In this document: positions 15,870-25,003 of the stretch, piece after piece
Layout: each line of letters begins with the position of its first letter
How positions within the stretch are numbered: the first letter of the stretch is position 1
Assembly: GCF_000017845.1 (NCBI RefSeq)
Contig: NC_010539.1
Span: 1 to 32,000, forward strand
Length of the DNA stretch: 32,000 bases
DNA from: Crocosphaera subtropica ATCC 51142
Lineage (GTDB): Bacteria; Cyanobacteriota; Cyanobacteriia; Cyanobacteriales; Microcystaceae
Direction of reading: 5' to 3'
Translations under genes and position numbers: made by a program
The notes under the pieces: generated by a model
The model's database searches: none
The model's input: only the letters and a program-made list of their open reading frames with translations
What the model was told of the DNA's origin: nothing

Positions 15870-18800
15870 AGATTTTGACTTAAATCCTGTTTAATTGCTT
15901 CAGCAACTAAGGAAAATTCTTCATTCGATAAGAATGGCACTTGAGTATATATTAAATCTGATTCCCCTGGTAGTCTTGCGGCTAAATGTCCTTTGCCTAG
16001 AAGACATTCTCCTCCTTTTTGTCCCAAGGAAATTTCGGAAGTTCCTACACTCTCAACTCTTAAGATTAAGCGATTGCCTAAGTTATCTCGAAGCTGCATG
16101 GGAAAGACATTATTATCGGGACGTTGTGCTGCAAAGATTAGATGAATTCCGGCTGCTCTTGCTTTAACTCCTAAGCGTTGTACAGCAGAAGATACAGCAT
16201 TTTTATATTCTTCTACTAACATCCAATCAGCAAATTCATCATGAACTAAAAGAAGAACAGGCAATTGTTTTTCAGCAGAAACTTTTTGATTATAAACCAA
16301 TAAATTATTGACTTTTTGTTCTCTAAATAGTTGATAACGAGAATCCATTTCGCTAACAATTTTTTCAAATACTTCAATGCCTTGATATTGTTCAGTAATG
16401 ATTCCTTCTGTTAAATGGGGTAAGTCTTCTAAGGGGAAATAATCGGTTCCTTGTTTAGCATCAATTAAGTAAATTTTTACCAATTCTGGAGAATTAGTAG
16501 CGCAGACATCTAAGAGAAGATTTCTTAATAAGACTGATTTACCGCTTCCCGTTGCTCCGGCAATTAAAGTATGAGGGGCGTGCTGTTGAAGATGAGCAAA
16601 TTCTTCTCCTAAATTAAGATATAGTAATTCTCCATCAATTTCTTTGACTCCAATGATGAAACTAAGATTAACTCCTGCTTTTAGATTAATTTCTCGTTGC
16701 TTCCATACTTGAGAAAGGGAAATAATTTCTCGTTGGGGACGAGCGATAGAAACGATAATTTCCCCAGGCGCACCTAAGATATTGATGACATTTAACCCAT
16801 GAGTTGTTAATAGACTTGAACGACGAGTTTCAATATCTTTAATATTAAGACGATCTGAGCCTTTAAAACGAATTAAAGCAGCATTAGGGGTTAATCTTTG
16901 TCCTAATACTTTAGCTTGTAAATCATAGCTAATTAGAGCTTTTCGTAGTGTTGAAACGGTTGTTTCTAACCATTTTTTTTCTTGTTGCTCATTGATTTTA
17001 GATTCAGTTTGTTGATTAATCCATGTCGCTAAAGCAGGACTAGCCCAAGTTGTTTGTGTTATATTATTAACTTCTTTCTTTTCCTCATTTTTGTTCTGAT
17101 TTGTATAATTTAATTGATTTAAGTGGTTACTTTGACTATTATAATCAGAAACTCCATTACTATTTTGTTGGGAATTAAAGTCGTTAATAGGATGGTTATC
17201 ATTAGCAGCCTTATTAGGAGTTTTTAACGAATTTATGCTGTGACTAGGATGAATATTTTGAGGAGAAGTAACAAGGGATTGCTTTTGGTTTGAATTAATT
17301 GTTGTTAGATTCTCGTTTTGCAATGTCCTGTTGACTATTGTTTCAGTAGATTCTGTACTTAAACTTTCTATATATGCTATTTTTTCTGATGAAGCTGAAT
17401 CATCAAGAATTGGTAATTCTAAAATAGGATTTACCCAAACCACTCTATCAGCTGGAAATCTTGGTTCTGAAACTGTCCAAGGTTGTTCATTTCCTAATTT
17501 TTCTCGAATAGATGCTAAGGGTTGTTGGTGATGAATAGCTAATACTAATTGACGAACAGTTTCTCGATTAAATATTTCTTGATAACATCTATCTACTTTA
17601 GCAATTGGTATTTGATCGTTACTAACAGAGGTATCGCTAGGTCCAGAGATAAACACATGAGAATACCCTGATAAATCAAGGGGAATCGTGCCGTCTCTAA
17701 CACCTTTTCGCCATTCTTCAATGGAAATTGAATCAGTTGAATTAAATTCAATTCCATCTAATAATAAATCTCCTAAACGAGATAACCATAAATCTCGGTC
17801 AAGTCGCCCTGGACTTACAAATAAAGCATTAGCCATTCGTTCAACGGTATCTCTTAATTGATGTTGAGAACTTTTACGGGCATCATTTAATCCATTTGCT
17901 TCAATATATTTAGCTTCAGAAATAATTATTTTAAGAACAGGTTGCTCATTTTTTATTTGAGGACTGATAGCTAAAATATCAGCAATTCTTCCTTCTTTTT
18001 GTCCTAACCAACTAGCATAGTCATCTAAAAAATACCAACCAACAGGATGTTCTTCTCCTAATTCAGATAATAATAAAGCTTTACTTAATACCACTCCCAT
18101 TAATTCACTGGCATATTTACCACTTTTTGCGGCTCGTAATATAATATCCCCTGAAATGTCTTTAGCTTGCTCAATAAACTGTTCTGCTAACGTTTTGATA
18201 GTGGTTTCATCTAAGTCTAAATTTAAGCTTTCTAAACGGCGTTTGACAAGGACTTGTAACAGGTTCAAAGGAGCATTAGAAGATACTAAAAAATTACGGT
18301 CATCGCTGCGACTTTGTTGATAGCGAATGACATTAACACCTTGATTGATTAATTGTCGTCTTTCGAGTAAATCATCATAATTAACGACCCATTCTCCTAG
18401 ACGATGAACTTCTTTAAATACTGTGCTAGTGTCTTCATCTTGGAAGGAAATCTGTCTTGCAGGAAGAAAATGCTGATTTTTGGCACAATCTAAATCTACC
18501 CGTTTTAAACTACTATAAATGGCATCTAGATAAGTTTGTCCTACAGATGGTTGACTCGGACAGACTAAATAAACCGTCGATTTTAATTCGTCTTTAGCAG
18601 CAGGACGTTTTCTTGAGTAGCGTGTGGGAACGTGCTTGAGAATATCGGGGTTATCGTTAGATAAAGGGGTCGGTTGCCAAACTATTTCTGCTTGTCTGGA
18701 AATAATATCTTGAAGAAAGACAATATCAGCGATTTTTCCGTTAGATGAAGATGATGTGTTCGACATGACGCTGATTCGCAGTCTGGCCATAAAATCGTGA

Positions 18801-21391
18801 GTCCCTTCACTAGCGACAAAAGCATCTGCATCGGTTTGAGAACTTTCTATGAGTTGCTGATACAAATCACTTAATTTGGGGGAATCTCGATGACATAAAA
18901 TGACTTGACAACGAGCTTCATTATAGTTGTCTTGTAATTCACTTAGTTTTGTAATAACTGTTTGGGGAAGTCTAGTGGAGTCACATTGATAAAGAATGAT
19001 ACTCAAATTTGTTTGTTCATGGGGGAGTAATTCGAGGTATCGCTTCATTAAGTCTAGCAGTTTATTGGCTGCCTTTTTGGGGTCTTCATTGGTAGACTGT
19101 TGAGTTATATCTTTTATTGGTTGTTCAAGGAGACTGTAATCATTGACTGTATCAGACAGATAAAGTAATAAAGGTTCATTCCCTTTATAACCTAAACAAA
19201 CTTCGGGATAATAAGGGTGAGTGAGTTCATTTCTTAAATCAGAGAAGAATAAACGGGAATCTCCAAAATTAACGTCTTCTGTTGAAAGAATATGTTTCAG
19301 TAATCCTGAAATTTGGCGGGCTTTAATGCTCAAAGAGGCTAATCTTAAGGGATGCCAAGGCGTAATAATAGCAGCAGGTTTTCCTCGTTTGACTTCCACA
19401 CACCCTAAGCGTAAAATAGGTTCAATTAATTCCACTCGATTAGTATCACCCAGGGCATGATTAAGGAGAGTTTTAAGAAGTTCTTGATAGTCATCGCATT
19501 GGTGGATTAAAACAGGATGGGAAATCCCTTCTTGACTTAACCAACTATTCAGGGCTTTTGTATAAGTTTCTTTAAATTTTCCCCAAGCTTGTTTAATTAT
19601 TTCTGCGGATTCTGAAGATAAGCGATTATCTTGAACTGCCTGTTTAAGAGCCGTAGGAAACAGTTTAGCTAAGTCTTGTTTTCGGTCATATTTACTGACT
19701 AAAGAGCCTCTATCTTGTCGATAAGCAGCCATTAAAGTACCGACATCATCCAGAGAAATTCCTTGAAGACGACCTTTTTTGCTGACTAATTCCCGTGATA
19801 CTTCAGAGATAAGAAAAGGAGAGGGGTTGGAATTAACTAACCGGTTTAAGTCATCATGAAGTTCCATTCCAATACTATTGGGATTTACCTTCCAAATTAA
19901 TTGAATTTTGCTGATTAATTCTTGAGAAAAACAAGAACGAAGTTCTACATAAAATTTGATTTCACAAGCGGCTTTAGCTACAGAAACATTTTTTTTATAT
20001 TTTTTCTTATTTTTCGTTTGTTCATCTTTTAATAATTCATCATATTTAAACAGCCAGTGAGTCTCCCAAGTAATTTCAGGATAGGTTAACTGTTCAATCC
20101 CTCTATACCTTGTACAAAAATATAATCCCATGTCTGCATTGAGTTCTAACCATTTACTTTTACGGGAACTTTTTTGAGTTTTAATAATTAATTGAGTCGG
20201 ATTTTCTTGAGAATCAGCTTGGTCAAAGAGTCGCTCAAAGGCTTGAACTAAACCCACTAAAAAGTCAGTGCATTCGATGGGTTGACCGTAGACAAATTTA
20301 TCCCATTTGGTTTTGAGAGTACGGTCATTTTCTAATTCAGACCGATGGTTATCATAAAATTCTTTGTCTTCTTCGTTAGCTTCTTTGGCTTTTCTTTTCT
20401 TTAATGTTTCTAGATAGTCTAATTCAGATTCGGTTAAACTATCAGGGTATTCATCTTCATAAAATTGTTGGGTTAAACTATATAAGTCGGTTTTTTTTGT
20501 TTTTAATCCACTAAAAATAGCGTGAATATTATCTATTTCCCATTCAAATTTAGTTAAAGCTTTCCCTTGTTCATTCCATTCCGGCGGACTTTTAATGAAG
20601 GCTTGAATAATAGAATGGGCTTGCTCAGGAATGTCTTCTTTAACCTTTTCAAAGGTCGATTGTAACTCACTTTCTTCAATGGGTTTACGGGTAGGGGTTT
20701 GTTTGAGTAACAGACAAGCCCGTTTAGAAACCGCCTGTTGATACTTTTGTTGCCACTTTTGGGCGTGTCCCCAAGTTTTTTGGGGTATGGCTTCAAAATA
20801 CCCCGAATCACGGGGTAAACGTAAGGCAGGTAAAGCCCATCCCAAGGCATTAATGATAGGAACACTTTCTGAGGCGATGCGCTCACGAGTATCCATGACA
20901 TAGTTCGCAAATTGCTCTAAACTGCATTCGCTGGCTGCAAGTAGTCCTTTTAACGCTTTGTTCCAGTATTTTAATTGTTCATCAGGTAAATCTAAGCCCT
21001 CACTGGCCACGTCTACCCAAATTTCAATTTGTTCTTTTAAGAGTCCTGCACCCAAGGCAGAAATATCTTTTAAAGATTGTCCTTGGTCATCGTTAGTATT
21101 AGCTAATAGCAGACAAGGGCGGTCACAGGGAGCATGGCGTAGGTGAACGGTCTTTTCATCGGTTAAAATAGCTTCAGGAAGGTCATATCCTGCCACTAGA
21201 GTGCGAGGAATTTGGATTTTAATGTGGGGAGATAAGTCAGGGGTAGCGAGAATAGACTGACAAATGTTCGTGACTTGTTCTCCTGTTAAACGGTCTAAGA
21301 TAAACCGAGCAACTCCGTCTGAATCCTCTGTATTTAGGGATTCTCTGAGAAATTTTGTCGCTACTTGGCCAATTAAATCAATAGAATCCAT
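15866..21391 (-). CDS. Giant (1841 aa) DptH/DndH-like protein: large N-terminal region, PD-(D/E)xK-like nuclease motif, N/Q/S-rich linker, C-terminal FtsK/SpoIIIE-type translocase motor
   Basis: The FtsK motor is seen directly. 'LTPNAALIRFKGSDRLNIKDIE...GAPGEIIVSIARPQREIISL' is the beta-domain. 'LIAGATGSGKSVLLRNLLLDV' is Walker A (K1618, 16538-16540). 'LLLVHDEFADWM' is Walker B. 'AAGIHLIFAAQRPDNNVFPMQLRDNLGNRLILRV' is also present. The nuclease-like motif is 'ADILAIS...IIISEAKY' (D1138, E1159, K1161; 17909-17980). The DptH call rests on size, position after two coupled genes, and domain content. It was not confirmed by any search. Confidence 0.55.
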   Translation of the reverse strand: MDSIDLIGQVATKFLRESLNTEDSDGVARFILDRLTGEQVTNICQSILATPDLSPHIKIQIPRTLVAGYDLPEAILTDEKTVHLRHAPCDRPCLLLANTNDDQGQSLKDISALGAGLLKEQIEIWVDVASEGLDLPDEQLKYWNKALKGLLAASECSLEQFANYVMDTRERIASESVPIINALGWALPALRLPRDSGYFEAIPQKTWGHAQKWQQKYQQAVSKRACLLLKQTPTRKPIEESELQSTFEKVKEDIPEQAHSIIQAFIKSPPEWNEQGKALTKFEWEIDNIHAIFSGLKTKKTDLYSLTQQFYEDEYPDSLTESELDYLETLKKRKAKEANEEDKEFYDNHRSELENDRTLKTKWDKFVYGQPIECTDFLVGLVQAFERLFDQADSQENPTQLIIKTQKSSRKSKWLELNADMGLYFCTRYRGIEQLTYPEITWETHWLFKYDELLKDEQTKNKKKYKKNVSVAKAACEIKFYVELRSCFSQELISKIQLIWKVNPNSIGMELHDDLNRLVNSNPSPFLISEVSRELVSKKGRLQGISLDDVGTLMAAYRQDRGSLVSKYDRKQDLAKLFPTALKQAVQDNRLSSESAEIIKQAWGKFKETYTKALNSWLSQEGISHPVLIHQCDDYQELLKTLLNHALGDTNRVELIEPILRLGCVEVKRGKPAAIITPWHPLRLASLSIKARQISGLLKHILSTEDVNFGDSRLFFSDLRNELTHPYYPEVCLGYKGNEPLLLYLSDTVNDYSLLEQPIKDITQQSTNEDPKKAANKLLDLMKRYLELLPHEQTNLSIILYQCDSTRLPQTVITKLSELQDNYNEARCQVILCHRDSPKLSDLYQQLIESSQTDADAFVASEGTHDFMARLRISVMSNTSSSSNGKIADIVFLQDIISRQAEIVWQPTPLSNDNPDILKHVPTRYSRKRPAAKDELKSTVYLVCPSQPSVGQTYLDAIYSSLKRVDLDCAKNQHFLPARQISFQDEDTSTVFKEVHRLGEWVVNYDDLLERRQLINQGVNVIRYQQSRSDDRNFLVSSNAPLNLLQVLVKRRLESLNLDLDETTIKTLAEQFIEQAKDISGDIILRAAKSGKYASELMGVVLSKALLLSELGEEHPVGWYFLDDYASWLGQKEGRIADILAISPQIKNEQPVLKIIISEAKYIEANGLNDARKSSQHQLRDTVERMANALFVSPGRLDRDLWLSRLGDLLLDGIEFNSTDSISIEEWRKGVRDGTIPLDLSGYSHVFISGPSDTSVSNDQIPIAKVDRCYQEIFNRETVRQLVLAIHHQQPLASIREKLGNEQPWTVSEPRFPADRVVWVNPILELPILDDSASSEKIAYIESLSTESTETIVNRTLQNENLTTINSNQKQSLVTSPQNIHPSHSINSLKTPNKAANDNHPINDFNSQQNSNGVSDYNSQSNHLNQLNYTNQNKNEEKKEVNNITQTTWASPALATWINQQTESKINEQQEKKWLETTVSTLRKALISYDLQAKVLGQRLTPNAALIRFKGSDRLNIKDIETRRSSLLTTHGLNVINILGAPGEIIVSIARPQREIISLSQVWKQREINLKAGVNLSFIIGVKEIDGELLYLNLGEEFAHLQQHAPHTLIAGATGSGKSVLLRNLLLDVCATNSPELVKIYLIDAKQGTDYFPLEDLPHLTEGIITEQYQGIEVFEKIVSEMDSRYQLFREQKVNNLLVYNQKVSAEKQLPVLLLVHDEFADWMLVEEYKNAVSSAVQRLGVKARAAGIHLIFAAQRPDNNVFPMQLRDNLGNRLILRVESVGTSEISLGQKGGECLLGKGHLAARLPGESDLIYTQVPFLSNEEFSLVAEAIKQDLSQNL

Positions 21392-23077
21392 TTAAGTTTT
21401 CTCCACAGTGTAAGGATTAAGGACATAAGCACAAGCATCGGAAAGGCGTTTGAGTAACCCCAAGGATGCGAGGCGTTGTTCGAGACGTTCTGCATTATCA
21501 GAAAAAGCTTCAAGGTCTGCTTCTTTGCGCTGAATGATGTCAATGGCTTGTTTTTCACCAATTATGAAGCCATATTTTTGATAGAGTGTGTCTAAAAATT
21601 CTTGAAATTCCATCCGTTTTGGGACACAACAAAGTACCAAGGTTTTTAATAGGGAGTCGGTGGGTGCATATCGGGTGCGACGACTTCCCCTGCTCGAAGC
21701 GAGTCCAATTTCTTTTGTCCACTTACTATGAAATTGACCAACGTGCTGTTTATGTCTAGTAATTGCTGAGAGACGAATTTCTTCTAATAGTTCATCGGGA
21801 GAATTACATTTGATTTCATCCTTTTTATAGTAAATTTCTTCTTTGATAATTTCTAAGGCATCTTCTATGGAGTTGGCAGAGTTAAGACAGGTTTGCCATT
21901 CTGGAAGTTGAGACAGTCTTTTTATATAGTGTTCAACCGCTCGTTTACTCAGGTTATTATTGTTTAAAAAGGCATCGGAAGCTAGGTCACGAATAATCGT
22001 TTTTTTGGGAGCAATTATTTCTAAAATTAATTGAGGTTTATCTTGACTATTCAAGGTGGTTGTTGAGTTCAATGAATCTTCATTGGTATTAGCTATAGTT
22101 TCTGACTTAAATAATAGATTTTGTTGACTATTTAAGAGACTTTCTGAGGAGAATCTAGGGTCATCTTCATTATTTAAGACGGCCTTAGCTCGTTTGAGTA
22201 GGTAAATGACTAAATGGACTCCTGTAATAGTAACTAAATGGGGTAAAGAATCATAGTCAGGAAGATGGCAATTAAATAGATTTATCCAATCATTAGCTAA
22301 GTTTTCAAATTCATCAAGATGTTCATAGGGAAGATAGGGAGGACTGCTATCTTTTCCTCTTGGTTTTGTATCAGAATGATCATTAGGTTGAAGGGTAGCA
22401 ACTAATTTATTCCATTTACTCGATTGTTTATGATCTATTATTCCTAATTTTTTTAGATGGGTTAAAATGTCTAATTTTAAAGAACTACGACTAATCATGA
22501 GATAAAGTAATTCTCCATTTCTGGCAAAAAAACGACGGTCATTGCTATAACTATTCTTACTAATTCTTAAATCCTCATAAAGACAATTAACCCCATAGGG
22601 AAAGACAAATTTAGAAGTCCAACGTTTATTACTATCACCTTCAATGGCATTAGATTGAAGAAATCTTACCACTTCTAGAAAGTCCCGAAACCTTATAAAG
22701 CGTTCTTGTAAATAACTAAAGTTAGGGGTGTTAATACCTCCACAATTATCATTCATTAAAGTTAACCATTGTTGCCAACGTTCTTCTTCTGTTGGATATT
22801 CTGCATAAACTGCTTCTAGAAAAGGATTATTAAACAGGATATTTCGTAAATAAAGACGACTATAAGAGGGATATTCTAATTGATGATTTTCAGGTTCAAT
22901 AAAAGCTTGCTCTCTTTCTAATTGTGTTTGAACAATGCCTAAAAATTCTAGAAGGGTTAACCAAGGGGTTTGTTCATCATAAAGACGATGACCCCAAATA
23001 GCTTCATCAACCCACATTTCAGTTTCTCTATGGGTTTTATTATGAGATGTAGGTTTAGGAAGACGTTTTATTATCAT
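21392..23077 (-). CDS. Hypothetical protein, DptG/DndG-like by position (561 aa)
   Basis: Start overlaps the stop of the upstream gene (ATGA at 23074-23077). Its TAA stop directly abuts the ATG of the 1841-aa gene (TAAATG, 21389-21394). I recognised no enzymatic motif. There is an internal S/N/T-rich low-complexity stretch. Assignment is by synteny only. Confidence 0.35.
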   Translation of the reverse strand: MIIKRLPKPTSHNKTHRETEMWVDEAIWGHRLYDEQTPWLTLLEFLGIVQTQLEREQAFIEPENHQLEYPSYSRLYLRNILFNNPFLEAVYAEYPTEEERWQQWLTLMNDNCGGINTPNFSYLQERFIRFRDFLEVVRFLQSNAIEGDSNKRWTSKFVFPYGVNCLYEDLRISKNSYSNDRRFFARNGELLYLMISRSSLKLDILTHLKKLGIIDHKQSSKWNKLVATLQPNDHSDTKPRGKDSSPPYLPYEHLDEFENLANDWINLFNCHLPDYDSLPHLVTITGVHLVIYLLKRAKAVLNNEDDPRFSSESLLNSQQNLLFKSETIANTNEDSLNSTTTLNSQDKPQLILEIIAPKKTIIRDLASDAFLNNNNLSKRAVEHYIKRLSQLPEWQTCLNSANSIEDALEIIKEEIYYKKDEIKCNSPDELLEEIRLSAITRHKQHVGQFHSKWTKEIGLASSRGSRRTRYAPTDSLLKTLVLCCVPKRMEFQEFLDTLYQKYGFIIGEKQAIDIIQRKEADLEAFSDNAERLEQRLASLGLLKRLSDACAYVLNPYTVEKT

Positions 23078-24981
23078 AATTGAATCTCCAAGGTTCTTTC
23101 ATTAGCTATTCCATCGGCATTAAGTTCTAGTAAACGAATAATCATCTCTGAAGCTTCAGTTTCGTCGGCTTCTTCTTCTTTTTGTCTTCTAATATTAAGT
23201 TGTCCTAACAGTCGAGTTTTAAAAGCTAACATATCCTCATAACATTCTTGAGAAAAGTTACTGGGTAATGCTCCTTCTGCAACTCTGTTTAGGTATTCAT
23301 AGCGAGTTAAATTTAATCGGAGTTTTATAGGGTCAACTTCAGGGTGGGAAGATAGAGAAATAATAAAATCGGGAGTATTATGGTCAGTATTTAATTCAAC
23401 TGTGACACTTTCACCTCGTTTTTTAATAACAGAAATATATTCTTCAAAGACTCGACTAATCTTGGCTTGAGAATAACTACCAGATGTTGCTAAAACTAAT
23501 TGATCTTGATTATTTATCAATAATCCGGTAAAGATACGATTGATTCCTTTAACTATTTTAAAAATGAGATATTTAGGAATGGTTTGATTTTGTTTTAATG
23601 GTCTACAGACTTGTTCTAAATAGTCTCCTGCATACTGAAAAGCTGTTAATTCCCATAGTTTTAACTCTGCTACTCTATGCTGAGGAATAGTAAAGAATAA
23701 TCGCTGTCTTTGTGTGTGAAGTATATTTAAGAATTCTTCTTTACTGTCTTGAGAATCATTGCTTTCTAAATAGCTTTTTTGAGCAATACGAAATTGTTGA
23801 TGTGCGCCATAAAAAGTATCTGTTAAGACTAAGTTTTCATAATCTTGTTTTAAGTCCGGGTCATCTTCTCCAAAAATAAGAATATTATCAATATAGTTAC
23901 TGCTTTCTGTACCAATTCCAAAATATCTTAAAGCAACAAAGACATCAGTTTTATTTCGTTTTCTGCTAGAAAGATTTTCTCCAAATAGATTACTATAAGG
24001 ACTAGCTAAATAACCTGTTTTTTGAGTTGTAATTTTAGGAATTTGGTTACAGTTAAGTAATTTATCTTTGACATCAGGATGTCCTAAGATAATATTAGAA
24101 ATAAGGAGAAGTAATTGACGAATAGGAAGATGGGTTCCTTTATGACGAGATAATTCGAGAAGGTCAATAATTCGCTGTCTCATTAACTGTTGGTCATTTT
24201 TTCCATCGAGTCTGGTTTTGTTTTCCCAAATGGGACAGCGTTGCTGACTATCTGTAGGAGTTTGATAGGGACATTGACTACATTCTTCCCAACCAGGATG
24301 ATTTAAAACTGCATCAAGAATGCGAGAAAAGATTTCTTCGTTATTTAAGCGACTTAGGTTATAAAGAAGTAGGTTAAACTCAGGATTTTCTCTTTTTTCT
24401 TCTACCAATAAGGTTTCAATTAATTGACGTGCTTTTTCTATTTGAGGAGTGTTTTCTGCAACGTTCCATGCTTCGATGAGTTGTCCATCATTAGCAGCAA
24501 TTAAGTAAACTTTATCGGTATGATAGGGGTTGATGATCCCTTCTGCTATTTGAGGTAATAGTTGGGTTTTTTCTTCGTCTTGAATGGCACTGAGGTCTTT
24601 TATAATAATTAGAGTTTTTTGTAAGAGTGGTAGTTTATATATTTCTTGATTGGTTTCCCACTCTTCTTTTGACCCTCCTAATTTTTCCCAAATTTCTCGA
24701 CAGCAGAATGTTTTTCCATCTCCTGCTGTTCCGGTGAGAATCACCGATTTAGGGAAGTCAGATTGAAAGTTATCGATTAATTCTTGTAGGTAAGGAGTTT
24801 CAAAACAGATGGGTTGAATTTTGTTTTTCTTTAATGCTCGTTGAATTGCCTCATCATACATATTATCATTACGAGGAATTGGCCCATATTGACGGAGAAA
24901 GGTAATCCATTTTGATTTTTTGAAAGTAGAATTATAATTCATAATTAGAGTAATTAAACTTAAATATATATAACCAATCAC
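23074..24981 (-). CDS. P-loop NTPase, DptF/DndF-like by position (635 aa, or 622 aa from the ATG at 24942)
   Basis: Walker A 'LTGTAGDGKTF' (G84-T91) with a hydrophobic-Asp stretch 'TLIIIKDLS' about 45 aa later. The remaining ~450 aa have no recognisable motif. First gene of the tightly coupled trio. Confidence 0.4.
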   Translation of the reverse strand: MIGYIYLSLITLIMNYNSTFKKSKWITFLRQYGPIPRNDNMYDEAIQRALKKNKIQPICFETPYLQELIDNFQSDFPKSVILTGTAGDGKTFCCREIWEKLGGSKEEWETNQEIYKLPLLQKTLIIIKDLSAIQDEEKTQLLPQIAEGIINPYHTDKVYLIAANDGQLIEAWNVAENTPQIEKARQLIETLLVEEKRENPEFNLLLYNLSRLNNEEIFSRILDAVLNHPGWEECSQCPYQTPTDSQQRCPIWENKTRLDGKNDQQLMRQRIIDLLELSRHKGTHLPIRQLLLLISNIILGHPDVKDKLLNCNQIPKITTQKTGYLASPYSNLFGENLSSRKRNKTDVFVALRYFGIGTESSNYIDNILIFGEDDPDLKQDYENLVLTDTFYGAHQQFRIAQKSYLESNDSQDSKEEFLNILHTQRQRLFFTIPQHRVAELKLWELTAFQYAGDYLEQVCRPLKQNQTIPKYLIFKIVKGINRIFTGLLINNQDQLVLATSGSYSQAKISRVFEEYISVIKKRGESVTVELNTDHNTPDFIISLSSHPEVDPIKLRLNLTRYEYLNRVAEGALPSNFSQECYEDMLAFKTRLLGQLNIRRQKEEEADETEASEMIIRLLELNADGIANERTLEIQL

Positions 24982-25003
24982 AATTTATGATTTAACACTT
25001 TTA

